64,000 nucleotides of DNA. Origin: an uncultured virus (IMG/VR IMGVR_UViG_3300008108_000201). Its lineage: Duplodnaviria; Heunggongvirae; Uroviricota; Caudoviricetes. Positions 39,379 through 48,667 of this stretch are shown here, in pieces. How positions within the stretch are numbered: position 1 is the stretch's first letter; each line of letters begins with the position of its first letter. The notes under the pieces were generated by a model. It did not search any database, was not told the origin of the DNA, and saw only the letters and a list, made by a program, of their open reading frames with translations. Location of the stretch: the IMG/VR virus record IMGVR_UViG_3300008108_000201. One strand, 5' to 3'. The translations under genes and the position numbers were made by a program.

Positions 39379-40026
39379 ATGAGTAAATCACATGTTTTTC
39401 CTCTCTTTCCAATTCCGCTCTACGTAACAACTTATGAAGAAGATACTACTGAGATAGTAAAGTACTTCGATAGCTGTGAGATGAATGACGGAAGAAACAG
39501 TCCTTATGGTTGGATTTCAAAAAATAGTTATATTATAGATCATCCTATATGTAAGCCTCTTGCAGACTTTTTCATGTTTCATTTTAGAGAGTTTGCAACT
39601 AATATAATGAGATACCGGTATAAAGAATTACAGTTTGCTCAGTCGTGGCTTACCTATAAAGAACCAGGTCAATTTCATAAAGCGCACACCCATCCAAATA
39701 CGCTCCTTGCAGGAGTATTCTATTTTGATCATCAACCAGGAGATGCTGCAATATGTTTTAGTAAGAAAGCAGGATCTCAATATAGAACTTATATGGAACC
39801 TTCCTTAGAGGAGGATTACCAGGAGCATCCATTTTCTCAGGAAGAAATCTATTTTATACCACAACGAAATAATTTTATTATATTTCCATCCTATGTTACT
39901 CACGGTGTACCCCCTAATAGAACTAGTAAAACAAGGAAAGCGTTAGGCATAAATGCCTTAACAAAAGGAACACTAGGAGACAAAGAAACAATTTCAGAGA
40001 TAATATTTGGGCGTTATGCAAGTTAA
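39379..40026 (+). CDS. Putative 2OG-Fe(II) oxygenase, TIGR02466-like
   Basis: LFPIP, QSW, HKAHTHPN, AGVFY, FPSYVTHGV. Confidence 0.82.
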   Translation: MSKSHVFPLFPIPLYVTTYEEDTTEIVKYFDSCEMNDGRNSPYGWISKNSYIIDHPICKPLADFFMFHFREFATNIMRYRYKELQFAQSWLTYKEPGQFHKAHTHPNTLLAGVFYFDHQPGDAAICFSKKAGSQYRTYMEPSLEEDYQEHPFSQEEIYFIPQRNNFIIFPSYVTHGVPPNRTSKTRKALGINALTKGTLGDKETISEIIFGRYAS

Positions 40027-40654
40027 GTATGAAATCCTAGAACTATTCCCGATCCCTGTTTACACAACAATGATACCGCCTGGTTTTTCCAAGGTAATAT
40101 CGTTTTTTGATAAGCAAGATATGGGTACAGACGCTGATTATGATAATTACGGTTACCGGTCTAAAGACAGTTATATTTTAGATAGACCAGAAAGTAAAGA
40201 ATTAGCGCAGTTTATTTTAGGTAACGTTAAGATGTATGCCGATCAACTTGGATACGATTACTCCGAGTATAGATTCGGACAGTCGTGGATCTCAGTAAAA
40301 GCACCAGGGCAACATCATACGATGCACACCCATCCTAACGGACTGATCTCAGGAGTATTCTATTACGGACCTACAGTAGAAAAAACACCAGCTATCAAGT
40401 TTCACAAGATCGCCGCTGCAGTTAACGTATCGTATATTCTACCTAAAACGGTAGACAAGAAAAAAAATCTGAAATACTCTCAGAATGAATTTTCAATAAT
40501 ATTCGAACCCGGTCTTTTACTTCTTTTCCCTTCCTATCTTAACCATTCGGTACCTATAAATAAAACAGATAAACCCAGACATAGTCTTGCATTCAACATA
40601 GTACCTACAGTAGGTTTCGGAGATGAAAGAAATTTAACAGAATTAATATTTTAA
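40016..40654 (+). CDS. Putative 2OG-Fe(II) oxygenase, TIGR02466-like, paralog of 39379
   Basis: LFPIP, QSW, HTMHTHPN, SGVFY, FPSYLNHSV, RHSLAFN; ATG at 40016. Confidence 0.82.
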   Translation: MQVKYEILELFPIPVYTTMIPPGFSKVISFFDKQDMGTDADYDNYGYRSKDSYILDRPESKELAQFILGNVKMYADQLGYDYSEYRFGQSWISVKAPGQHHTMHTHPNGLISGVFYYGPTVEKTPAIKFHKIAAAVNVSYILPKTVDKKKNLKYSQNEFSIIFEPGLLLLFPSYLNHSVPINKTDKPRHSLAFNIVPTVGFGDERNLTELIF

Positions 40655-40655
40655 T

Positions 40656-41600
40656 ATGCAACAAGGTTACGTATACAATCCTGAACATGAAGAGAGCGTA
40701 GTAGAGTTTAAATCTAAAAAATCAAATAAATATTTTATTTGGCATATTCAGGGCGGACTAGGTAAAAATATAGCAGCCACAGCTTTATGTAAAGACTTGA
40801 AAGAAGCTTATCCTGATCGTAAACTCATAATGGTAGTATCCTATCCGGAAGTCTTTCTAAACAATCCATACATTGATAGGGTTTATAATCTAGCTCAAGC
40901 GCCTTATTTCTATGAGGATTATATAGAAAATAAGGATGTAATTGTCTGTAGACATGAACCTTATAATCAAACCGGTCATATTACTAAATCAAAACATCTT
41001 ATTGAAAACTGGTGCGATCTTTTAGAGATCACTTATACAGAACAGCAACCAAGTGTATATGCTAACTTTGTGCAGAGACAACTAATCGGTCTTTGGTTAA
41101 GGCAAAAACCAACAATCGTCATACAAACTAGTGGAGGACCTCTACAGGGACAGAAATATAGCTATTCTTGGACCCGAGATATTCCCCAAGATTTAGCGCA
41201 AACTATTGTTAACAAATTCAAAGATCAATATCATATCTTCCAGATAACTAGACCTGACGGGTATCGACTTGAAGGAGTAGAGAGGATTGATCAGCAGTAC
41301 TCCGGTATTGAGTTATTTGCTATATTAATTAATGCGCAAAAACGTATTTTAATCGACTCATGTCTTCAACATGCTGCAGCTGCTTTTAAACTACCTTCTA
41401 CAGTATTTTGGATAGGTACTTCACCGACTGTATTCGGGTATAACCTACATAACAATATTACTGCTAAACTACCTAAAAGAGCAAACCAGCTTATAGGATC
41501 TTACCTTTTTGATTTTCAATTTGAAAACAATATACACGAATGTCCTTATATGGAGTTAGAAGATGTATTTGATATCAAGGAAGTAATTAGTAATATTTAA
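40656..41600 (+). CDS. Glycosyltransferase, GT-B fold, GT9/heptosyltransferase-like
   Basis: GGLGKNI near the N-terminus, VFLNNPYID, IDSCLQHAAAA, FGY. Confidence 0.72.
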   Translation: MQQGYVYNPEHEESVVEFKSKKSNKYFIWHIQGGLGKNIAATALCKDLKEAYPDRKLIMVVSYPEVFLNNPYIDRVYNLAQAPYFYEDYIENKDVIVCRHEPYNQTGHITKSKHLIENWCDLLEITYTEQQPSVYANFVQRQLIGLWLRQKPTIVIQTSGGPLQGQKYSYSWTRDIPQDLAQTIVNKFKDQYHIFQITRPDGYRLEGVERIDQQYSGIELFAILINAQKRILIDSCLQHAAAAFKLPSTVFWIGTSPTVFGYNLHNNITAKLPKRANQLIGSYLFDFQFENNIHECPYMELEDVFDIKEVISNI

Positions 41601-41602
41601 TC

Positions 41603-42424
41603 ATGAAACAGACAATATTTTATCAAAGCTCTTTACCGAGAGCAGGCTCTACGCTTCTACAAAACCTTATAGGCCAAAATTCCGACTTCCACGTAACACC
41701 TACATCAGGAATGATTGATTTAGTTCTAGGCGCTAGAATAGGTTATAACGGCAACAAAGAGGCATACGCAGGAGATAAGGATATGTGGCGTGATGGATTC
41801 TATGCTTTTTGCAGAGAAGGATTAAGAGGGTATGTAGAGAATCTTACTGATAAACCTTACATTCTAGACAAAAATAGAAACTGGGGATCTATTTACTCAT
41901 TAGTAAATAATATCTACCCCAATCCAAAGGTACTCTACATGGTTAGAGACTTACGAGCAGTATTTGCTTCTATGGAAAAAAAGTTTAGAGCTAATCCCGA
42001 TAGAGACATGGGCGAGATAGATAATGCTAAACTAAAAGGACTAACTACACAGCAGAGAGTCGAACAGTGGGCCGTAAGTCACCCAATTGGACATGCTATA
42101 CCAAAATTATATCAAGCAATCCTTGATAAGACAGCTAGAAACTTTTTAATCATTAGGTATGAAGACCTCTGTACCAATCCTGAAGGTATGATGCAGAGTA
42201 TCTACCGATATCTTGAAATACCTTATTTTCAACATAACTTTAATCACATACCTCAAATCACAGTCGAAGACGATACCGTTCACGGTATCTACGGAGATCA
42301 TACCATCAGAAATAAATTAGGAGCACTACCTGACGATTCAAAAGAGATACTAGGTACTTATACCTCTGAATGGATATACAACAATTTTAATTGGTTTTTT
42401 GATACTTTCAATTACAAACATTGA
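41603..42424 (+). CDS. PAPS-dependent sulfotransferase
   Basis: 5'-PSB loop SLPRAGSTLL, DKNR, 3'-PB motif MVRDLRAVFAS, RYEDL. Confidence 0.88.
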   Translation: MKQTIFYQSSLPRAGSTLLQNLIGQNSDFHVTPTSGMIDLVLGARIGYNGNKEAYAGDKDMWRDGFYAFCREGLRGYVENLTDKPYILDKNRNWGSIYSLVNNIYPNPKVLYMVRDLRAVFASMEKKFRANPDRDMGEIDNAKLKGLTTQQRVEQWAVSHPIGHAIPKLYQAILDKTARNFLIIRYEDLCTNPEGMMQSIYRYLEIPYFQHNFNHIPQITVEDDTVHGIYGDHTIRNKLGALPDDSKEILGTYTSEWIYNNFNWFFDTFNYKH

Positions 42425-42876
42425 TTATAGTTTTATTTGGACAACCGCATTGCGGTAAATCAACGCTTGCAAAAAAGCTTATAGGAGAGGAATGCTTCAG
42501 TCAATACTGGAATATTGACGGAGATGAGCTACGTGAAATTTTTAAAAATAAAAGCTTCAACAGGAAAGGGCGTATTCAGAACCTGAACAGGGCTAGCGAC
42601 ATTGCGCACTACCTAAATAGTATAGGAAGCGACGGTATTATTCTATCACTGGTATATCCGTATAGAGAGGCTCGCAACTACCTTAATAGTTTAACCGACG
42701 ATGTTAAATGGGTGTATTTAACCTACGAAGGAGAAAGAGGTAGAGAAAAATTTCACGTTCAAGATTTTGAATTACCAGAAAAAGAACGTATATTACATTT
42801 AGACACGTCTAAACTATCAATATCAGAATGTGTTGATGCAATAAAGCGTTATACTAATGAAGAACTACCTAGCTAA
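42421..42876 (+). CDS. cysC: Adenylylsulfate (APS) kinase-like P-loop kinase
   Basis: GQPHCGKST, IDGDELR, GRIQN, FELP; TTG start; shorter than cellular CysC. Confidence 0.7.
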   Translation: MIIVLFGQPHCGKSTLAKKLIGEECFSQYWNIDGDELREIFKNKSFNRKGRIQNLNRASDIAHYLNSIGSDGIILSLVYPYREARNYLNSLTDDVKWVYLTYEGERGREKFHVQDFELPEKERILHLDTSKLSISECVDAIKRYTNEELPS

Positions 42877-43243
42877 AGCACAAAGTAAATCAGGGGAGTG
42901 GGCTATGTTTATCGGAAGATGGCAACCTTGGCATCCTGGACATCGTTGGCTTATTGATCAAGCCCTCGAAGAAGGAAAGAAAGTGTTGCTATGTATTCGC
43001 GACGTCCCTGTAAGTGAAAAGAACCCGTGGACGGCTCAAGAAATTCTAATGAATCTATCTATCGAGTTAAAAGATCTTGTAGAAGAGGGTAAGCTAAATA
43101 TCATGAAGATTCCAGATATTGAATCAATTAATATAGGCCGTGGAGTAGGTTACGATGTTATTGAACACGTACCCCCTCAAGACATTCACGATATATCCGC
43201 AACTAAGATCCGCGAGCAAATGAAAGCTGAAGGTAAGCTATGA
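42857..43243 (+). CDS. HIGH-type nucleotidyltransferase (cytidyltransferase-like)
   Basis: FIGRWQPWHPGH (HxGH), NPW, ISATKIRE. Confidence 0.78.
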   Translation: MKNYLAKAQSKSGEWAMFIGRWQPWHPGHRWLIDQALEEGKKVLLCIRDVPVSEKNPWTAQEILMNLSIELKDLVEEGKLNIMKIPDIESINIGRGVGYDVIEHVPPQDIHDISATKIREQMKAEGKL

Positions 43244-43581
43244 AGAAGTTTCCTACGTGTTTTGTTGACATCGATGGTACTCTTATAAAGTATAGACCTT
43301 TTGATGTGCTTCAGACAGCAGAACCTGAACCTATACAGAGCGTTATCAATTTAGTGAACAAAGAGTATAATGAAGGTGCACATATAGTAATAACAACTGC
43401 TCGTCCTCCTGAACTAGAGGTGTTTACAAAACAAGAACTAGAAAAGCTAGGGGTAAAATATCATCAAATAGTTTTTGGAATCGGTAGAGGAACTCGTTAT
43501 CTTATAAATGACCGTGATCCTGAACAGCCAAACGTAGATAGAGCTGTTGCAATAAATTTAAATAGAAATTCAGGTATATGA
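43240..43581 (+). CDS. Minimal HAD-superfamily phosphatase
   Basis: FVDIDGTL (DxD), ITTAR, YHQIVFG, LINDR. Confidence 0.78.
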   Translation: MKKFPTCFVDIDGTLIKYRPFDVLQTAEPEPIQSVINLVNKEYNEGAHIVITTARPPELEVFTKQELEKLGVKYHQIVFGIGRGTRYLINDRDPEQPNVDRAVAINLNRNSGI

Positions 43582-43811
43582 TAGACGTTAAGGTAAGGTG
43601 GAACACTCAATGTAAAGATAATCATAACTTTTGGAGAATATTGATTGATGGAGAGGAGCGCATTTGTTGTAATGTTATATTTCAACTACCTGTACATACG
43701 ACTCGAGATACGGTTTGGGATTCATTAAGAAACCAAGAAGTAGATAAACACCACATAAGTTGCCAAGCAACTGAAGTTATTTGGAAAGGTGACGTAGTAT
43801 TAATAAGATGA
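43578..43811 (+). CDS. Hypothetical protein
   Basis: 77-aa ORF overlapping both neighbours by ATGA. Confidence 0.6.
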   Translation: MIDVKVRWNTQCKDNHNFWRILIDGEERICCNVIFQLPVHTTRDTVWDSLRNQEVDKHHISCQATEVIWKGDVVLIR

Positions 43812-44035
43812 TAGTAGAGAAAAAACGACATATAGCGAAAACCATCAGTTATCGCGTTTTGAGTACCTTGATTGGATTCGTAATAATGTGGGGAGTTTCT
43901 GGGTCAATTAAAATCGGTGCTGCGTTTGGTGTTGCCGAACTCGTTTACAAACCAATTCAGTACTATATACACGAACGAATATGGTATAGATGGGTTACAT
44001 ACGGTCTTAAGAAAGAAGAAGATATAAAGACATAG
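43808..44035 (+). CDS. DUF2061-family small membrane protein
   Basis: RHIAKTISYR...YYIHERIW matches the DUF2061 pattern. Confidence 0.75.
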   Translation: MIVEKKRHIAKTISYRVLSTLIGFVIMWGVSGSIKIGAAFGVAELVYKPIQYYIHERIWYRWVTYGLKKEEDIKT

Positions 44036-44109
44036 TTCTGCAGGTTTATTCGATATTTATATATTAGATCCCATAAATACGGTACTATTTATTACTAAAC
44101 AGCTAAAAT

Positions 44110-44250
44110 ATGATACTCGCAACCATCCTTGCAAAGTTAAAGAGTCTTTTCGTAAAGCCTGAGCCTAAAGTAGAGACTCCTGTTGTTGAAGTACAGCCTG
44201 CCGAAGCTAAAAAGCCACGCAAAAAAGCGACTAAAAAAGTTACAAAATAA
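44110..44250 (+). CDS. 46-aa protein, not in the ORF track
   Basis: MILATILAKLKSLFVKPEPKVETPVVEVQPAEAKKPRKKATKKVTK*; preceded by TATTTAT motifs at 44054 and 44086. Confidence 0.55.
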   Translation: MILATILAKLKSLFVKPEPKVETPVVEVQPAEAKKPRKKATKKVTK

Positions 44251-44258
44251 ATAAACAC

Positions 44259-44462
44259 ATGGATATCAAAAAACTTACTCCAGAAGAGTTACAAGAATTT
44301 CAAAACAACAGACAAGATGCTACACGTCTTGCAGAAAACATAAAAGAAGCTATCAAAGCTAATGCTCTCAAACAGCGCGATCAGTTAAAAGAACTTGGAG
44401 CAAAGTACGGAGATGGTACTATTAACCCAGAAAACGGCGAAATAACTCTGCTATCTGTTTAA
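44259..44462 (+). CDS. Small coiled-coil hypothetical protein
   Basis: KLTPEEL...KYGDGTINPENGEI. Confidence 0.65.
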   Translation: MDIKKLTPEELQEFQNNRQDATRLAENIKEAIKANALKQRDQLKELGAKYGDGTINPENGEITLLSV

Positions 44463-44536
44463 TAGAGTACTCCTTGGGAATAAATTAGGTTTTGCCTTTA
44501 CGGACTGATATTTATTACTAGAAATAAATCATTAAA

Positions 44537-46306
44537 ATGGCAGAAGCATTAATTTCACCAGGTGTATTCCTAAGAGAAAACGACCTTTCCCAGGTAACAG
44601 CAGGTCCGGTAACAGTAGGAGCCGCCTTAATCGGCCCAACTGTAGTAGGAAAGCCTAATATCCCAACCCTCGTAACTTCATATTCTCAGTATAAAGCTAA
44701 GTTTGGAACTACATTTGTTTCCAACAGCAATACTTACGAATATTTGACCTCTCAAGCTGCTTATAACTATTTCCAGCAGGGAGGTACTTCCCTTTTAGTG
44801 ACAAGAGTTGCTAGCGGCTCATATAGCGCAGCTTCATCCTCACTCATCCCTTGCGGCATTTCCGGTGAAAGCCCATTTGTTCTTGAGACCCTTTCAGTAG
44901 GTACCATCATGAACAATAACGCAGGTGCAACTACAGCAACTAACGGAATACTTCCTTCCGGATCCGCAAACAATGTTAGATGGCAAGTAACTCAAGCCGA
45001 TTCTGCTTCTGGCGTATTTACACTCCTTATTAGAAGAGGTGATGACTATACTTCAAACCAAACAGTACTTGAGACTTGGACTAATCTATCTTTAGATCCA
45101 AATCAAAATAACTACATTGCTTACGTAATCGGTGATCAAACACAGACTGTAGCAACCGATAGCGACGGACAGCAGTATTTAGAGATTACAGGTAGCTATC
45201 CTAACTCATCTCTGTATGTACGCGTTAAGAATGTTAACCTGCCTACACCTAACTACTTAAATCCACAAGGTCAGGCATATTCTGCTTATACAGCTTCTAT
45301 TCCTCAAAACGGAAGCGGATCTCAAAACGGTGCCTTTGGTGGTGCAGTAGGTCCTTTGTATGGATGCTTTGGTTTAGCTGCATTAAATTTATTTGAGCAA
45401 ATCCCAACTGTAGCTTCTGTAGGTTCTAACTCAGCCACAAATATTCAAGGTGTATTCCCTGATAACTACGCTACTGCAATCAATCTATTAGCTAACCAAG
45501 ATCAGTACGTATACGACTCAATTTATGCACCTGGTATCACAAATCAGAATGCAACATCTATTGTTAGTAGCCTTCTTAGCATGGTTCAGAACCGTGGAGA
45601 TGCTATTGCAGTAGTAGATATGGTTGGATACAATCAAGCCATCAATTCAGTAACAACTGCTGCTCAGTCTTACGACAACAGCTACGGTGCTACTTATTGG
45701 CCATGGGTTCAGGTTCGTTCAATCGAAACTGGTCGCTTAAATTTCGTACCTGCTTCTGTGATTATTCCTGGAGTATACGAATACAATGATAAAGTATCTG
45801 CCGAGTGGTTTGCACCAGCAGGTCTTAACCGTGGAGGTCTTCCAACTGTGATTCAGCCTGAAAGACGTCTTACTGTAGCTCAGCGCAATACATTATATAC
45901 TGGAAGAGTAAATCCAATTGCAGTATTCCCAGGCCAAGGTACAGTAGTATACGGACAAAAAACTTTACAAGCTCGTGCTTCTGCACTTGATAGAGTAAAC
46001 GTACGTCGTCTATTGATCGCTCTTAAAGGGTATATTGGTCAAATTGCACAGACTCTTGTATTCGAGCAGAATACAGCCGTTACACGTAATCGCTTCCTTT
46101 CTCAAGTTAACCCATATCTTGATTACGTTCAACAGCGTCAAGGTCTTTATGCCTTCCGCGTAGTAATGGACGAGACCAATAACACACCTGATGTGATAGA
46201 TCGCAATCTTCTTGTAGGTGCTATTTACTTACAGCCTACTAGAACTGCAGAATTCATCCAACTTGACTTCAACATCTTACCAACTGGTGTAACTTTTGGA
46301 GCATAA
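44537..46306 (+). CDS. Contractile tail sheath protein (gp18-like)
   Basis: ISPGVFLRE, YWPWV, WFAPAGLNRG, VNPI, YGQKTL, DRVNVRRLL, VFEQN, ETNNTPDVIDRN, PTRTAEFI. Confidence 0.95.
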   Translation: MAEALISPGVFLRENDLSQVTAGPVTVGAALIGPTVVGKPNIPTLVTSYSQYKAKFGTTFVSNSNTYEYLTSQAAYNYFQQGGTSLLVTRVASGSYSAASSSLIPCGISGESPFVLETLSVGTIMNNNAGATTATNGILPSGSANNVRWQVTQADSASGVFTLLIRRGDDYTSNQTVLETWTNLSLDPNQNNYIAYVIGDQTQTVATDSDGQQYLEITGSYPNSSLYVRVKNVNLPTPNYLNPQGQAYSAYTASIPQNGSGSQNGAFGGAVGPLYGCFGLAALNLFEQIPTVASVGSNSATNIQGVFPDNYATAINLLANQDQYVYDSIYAPGITNQNATSIVSSLLSMVQNRGDAIAVVDMVGYNQAINSVTTAAQSYDNSYGATYWPWVQVRSIETGRLNFVPASVIIPGVYEYNDKVSAEWFAPAGLNRGGLPTVIQPERRLTVAQRNTLYTGRVNPIAVFPGQGTVVYGQKTLQARASALDRVNVRRLLIALKGYIGQIAQTLVFEQNTAVTRNRFLSQVNPYLDYVQQRQGLYAFRVVMDETNNTPDVIDRNLLVGAIYLQPTRTAEFIQLDFNILPTGVTFGA

Positions 46307-46324
46307 TTTAAAAAATAACTCTAG

Positions 46325-46864
46325 ATGAAAAATAATACAAAAGTTAGATTGCATTTATCCAAGCAATTGTTTGAATCTCTTGCCAAGCAAGTACTTGCCG
46401 AGGCTAAAAAAGGAGATATGTCAGGCGGTGCTTATACCGAGGCTGTTAAAATGCCAAAAGAAAAGAAAGAGAAAAAAGCTCCTGAAGTAAAAGCTACCGG
46501 CAAAATGAAAGAAGAGGGAGTAGAAGAAATGGAGACTAAGGTAGCAGAAGCTCCTACAAAGAAAGACACAGAGCAGATTAAAGAGTTTGAGTTAGCTGAA
46601 CCTATTCAACAACTAATAAACGATCCTGCGATTGCAAAAGAGTTTGGAATGAGTGTTCTTAAACTTCTAGGAGGAGGTGCAACGCTAGCTGTAGCTGTTA
46701 CACAAGGTATGAAAGCTCTTGCTAAAAAAGCAATGGACAAAGATCCTGAGGCTTTCAAAGGTAAGACAGTTGACCAGGTAGCTAAGGAGATGGGAAGCTC
46801 TGCTACAAGTAAGGTTCAAAAATCTGCTGGCGGTTCAGGCGAAGGTGGATTCCTCGGAAAATAA
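46325..46864 (+). CDS. Hypothetical protein between sheath and tube
   Basis: 179-aa ATG ORF, charged, with one hydrophobic Gly/Ala segment. Confidence 0.65.
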   Translation: MKNNTKVRLHLSKQLFESLAKQVLAEAKKGDMSGGAYTEAVKMPKEKKEKKAPEVKATGKMKEEGVEEMETKVAEAPTKKDTEQIKEFELAEPIQQLINDPAIAKEFGMSVLKLLGGGATLAVAVTQGMKALAKKAMDKDPEAFKGKTVDQVAKEMGSSATSKVQKSAGGSGEGGFLGK

Positions 46865-46904
46865 GTTTTGTATTAACAGATATTTATATAAAACATAGAA
46901 TAAA

Positions 46905-47390
46905 ATGCCAGTACTAGATCCAAATGAAATAATGTTTACGGCCTATGAACCTACCGTTCAGAACCGGTTTATCATGTATATCGACGGCATTCCTTCTTTC
47001 ATGATTAAGAGTGCTACTGCACCCAATATTAACTTGAATGAAGTAAAGCTTGACCATATCAACGTATACCGTAAGATCAAAGGTAAGGCCGAATGGCAGG
47101 ACATGACCTTGAATCTTTATAATCCAATTTCACCTTCCGGACAACAGGCTTGTATGGAGTGGATTCGTCTATCACACGAATCTGTAACCGGACGTGACGG
47201 ATATTCTGATTTCTATAAGAAAGACCTGAATCTATCAATTCTCGGACCTGTAGGAGATGTAGTTTCTGAGTGGATTATCAAAGGAGCTTTCGTTAAGACT
47301 GCAAACTTCGGATCTTACGATTGGTCAAATCAAGACGCAATTACAATAGAACTAGGTATCGGAATGGATTACTGTATCCTGAACTACTAA
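46905..47390 (+). CDS. Tail tube protein (gp19-like)
   Basis: QNRF, KGKAEWQDMTL, MEW, YKKD, GDVVSEWIIKGAF; follows the sheath gene. Confidence 0.88.
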   Translation: MPVLDPNEIMFTAYEPTVQNRFIMYIDGIPSFMIKSATAPNINLNEVKLDHINVYRKIKGKAEWQDMTLNLYNPISPSGQQACMEWIRLSHESVTGRDGYSDFYKKDLNLSILGPVGDVVSEWIIKGAFVKTANFGSYDWSNQDAITIELGIGMDYCILNY

Positions 47391-47415
47391 AACTACTTGA
47401 TTTTCAATGAGTTAG

Positions 47416-47442
47416 AAAGCCGCCTAAAAAGCGGCTTTTTTT
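47416..47442 (+). terminator. Rho-independent terminator after the tail tube gene
   Basis: AAAGCCGC-CTAAAAA-GCGGCTTT followed by TTTT. Confidence 0.85.
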
Positions 47443-47508
47443 ATAGTATTACGGAAATCTTAATGTTCATAACTTATTGATTCTCAATAGGTTATTTTAC
47501 TGTAAAAA

Positions 47509-47538
47509 GTTGTTTCCAAAGCGGAGAATATGTATATT
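47509..47538 (+). promoter_or_regulatory. Host-sigma-type promoter GTTG-N20-TATATT
   Basis: GTTG at 47509-47512, 20-nt spacer, TATATT at 47533-47538. Confidence 0.6.
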
Positions 47539-47557
47539 TAGGTATAAAATAAAAGTT

Positions 47558-47866
47558 ATGAGCTGGTTAACATTATTCATCGTTTCTTTAACGGTAGTTG
47601 CTTTAGGGTATTTAATTGCTAGATTCTGGCTTGAAATTGCCTTTATCCTAATCATTATTCGTACTATTCTTGTTTTGACTACTATATCAGGAGCATCTAC
47701 TGTATTCTGGCTTGCATTTATCGAAGGTAAGACTGACGGTTGGCAGCAAACTTGGATATTCTTTTTTATACTCTATTCAACTATCCTAGGAATTATTTTA
47801 GTTATCATCTTTGATCTTTACAAGTATGGTGTAGGTTTTGTACGAGATATTTTTAAGATCAAGTAA
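47558..47866 (+). CDS. Hydrophobic membrane protein inserted in the tail module
   Basis: ATG at 47558 downstream of the promoter; about three transmembrane stretches. Confidence 0.65.
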   Translation: MSWLTLFIVSLTVVALGYLIARFWLEIAFILIIIRTILVLTTISGASTVFWLAFIEGKTDGWQQTWIFFFILYSTILGIILVIIFDLYKYGVGFVRDIFKIK

Positions 47867-47914
47867 GAAAAGTTATATTTGATATATTTATCAATATATA
47901 ACTAAATCAAGATT

Positions 47915-48667
47915 ATGTCTGAAAAGTTTACAATTCCTACTGAAACTATTGAGTTACCTTCTCAAGGTAAAATTTACGAAACAACAAATCCCCTTTCTTC
48001 CGGAGCCGTCGAAATGAAGTATATGACTGCTCGTGAGGAGGATATTCTTACGAATGTCAATTTATTGAAGCAAGGTATAGCAATCGAAAGAATGCTACAG
48101 TCTCTCATTAAATCCCCAATAAAATTTGAGGATCTTTTATTAGGTGATAGAAACGCTTTGTTGATTGCTGCACGTATTCTCGCTTATGGCTCCCAGTATA
48201 GCTTTGAGTATACGGACGCAGAAACTGAAACAAAAGAGACTGTTACTATTGACTTGCAGACTTTAAAAAACAAAACAGTAGATTTCAGTATCTTTAAGAA
48301 TAAGAACGAATTTACCTATCAGCTACCTCATTCCAAAAATACAGTAACGTTCAAACTCTTTACTGTAGAGGACGAAAAAGCAATCGATGCCGAAATTAAG
48401 AGTTTAAAGAAAGTTAATCTTTCTGCCGGCGAAATTACCACTAGACTTAAGAGACAAATTCTTTCAGTTAACGGTGATTACGAACCTAAGACAGTAAGAG
48501 AATTCGTTGATAATGCGTTAATTGCTAAAGATTCTAATCCGCTAAGATCCTATATTGGATCAATTACGCCAGATATTGATCTAACAGTCAATTTTACACT
48601 ATCATCCGGAAAAGAGGTCGAGGAGAGCCTGCCGCTGACAGCGGAATTTTTTTTTCCCGGGAGTTGA
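47915..48667 (+). CDS. Baseplate hub / tail assembly chaperone (T4 gp26-like)
   Basis: IELPSQG, MTAREEDIL, LLLGDRNALLIAARILAYG, C-terminal EFFFP; upstream of the tape measure gene. Confidence 0.75.
   Translation: MSEKFTIPTETIELPSQGKIYETTNPLSSGAVEMKYMTAREEDILTNVNLLKQGIAIERMLQSLIKSPIKFEDLLLGDRNALLIAARILAYGSQYSFEYTDAETETKETVTIDLQTLKNKTVDFSIFKNKNEFTYQLPHSKNTVTFKLFTVEDEKAIDAEIKSLKKVNLSAGEITTRLKRQILSVNGDYEPKTVREFVDNALIAKDSNPLRSYIGSITPDIDLTVNFTLSSGKEVEESLPLTAEFFFPGS

Noticed and set aside
44259..44462. Possible internal deletion in the small coiled-coil gene
   Set aside because: It seemed short for this type of protein, but this cannot be supported without homolog alignments.
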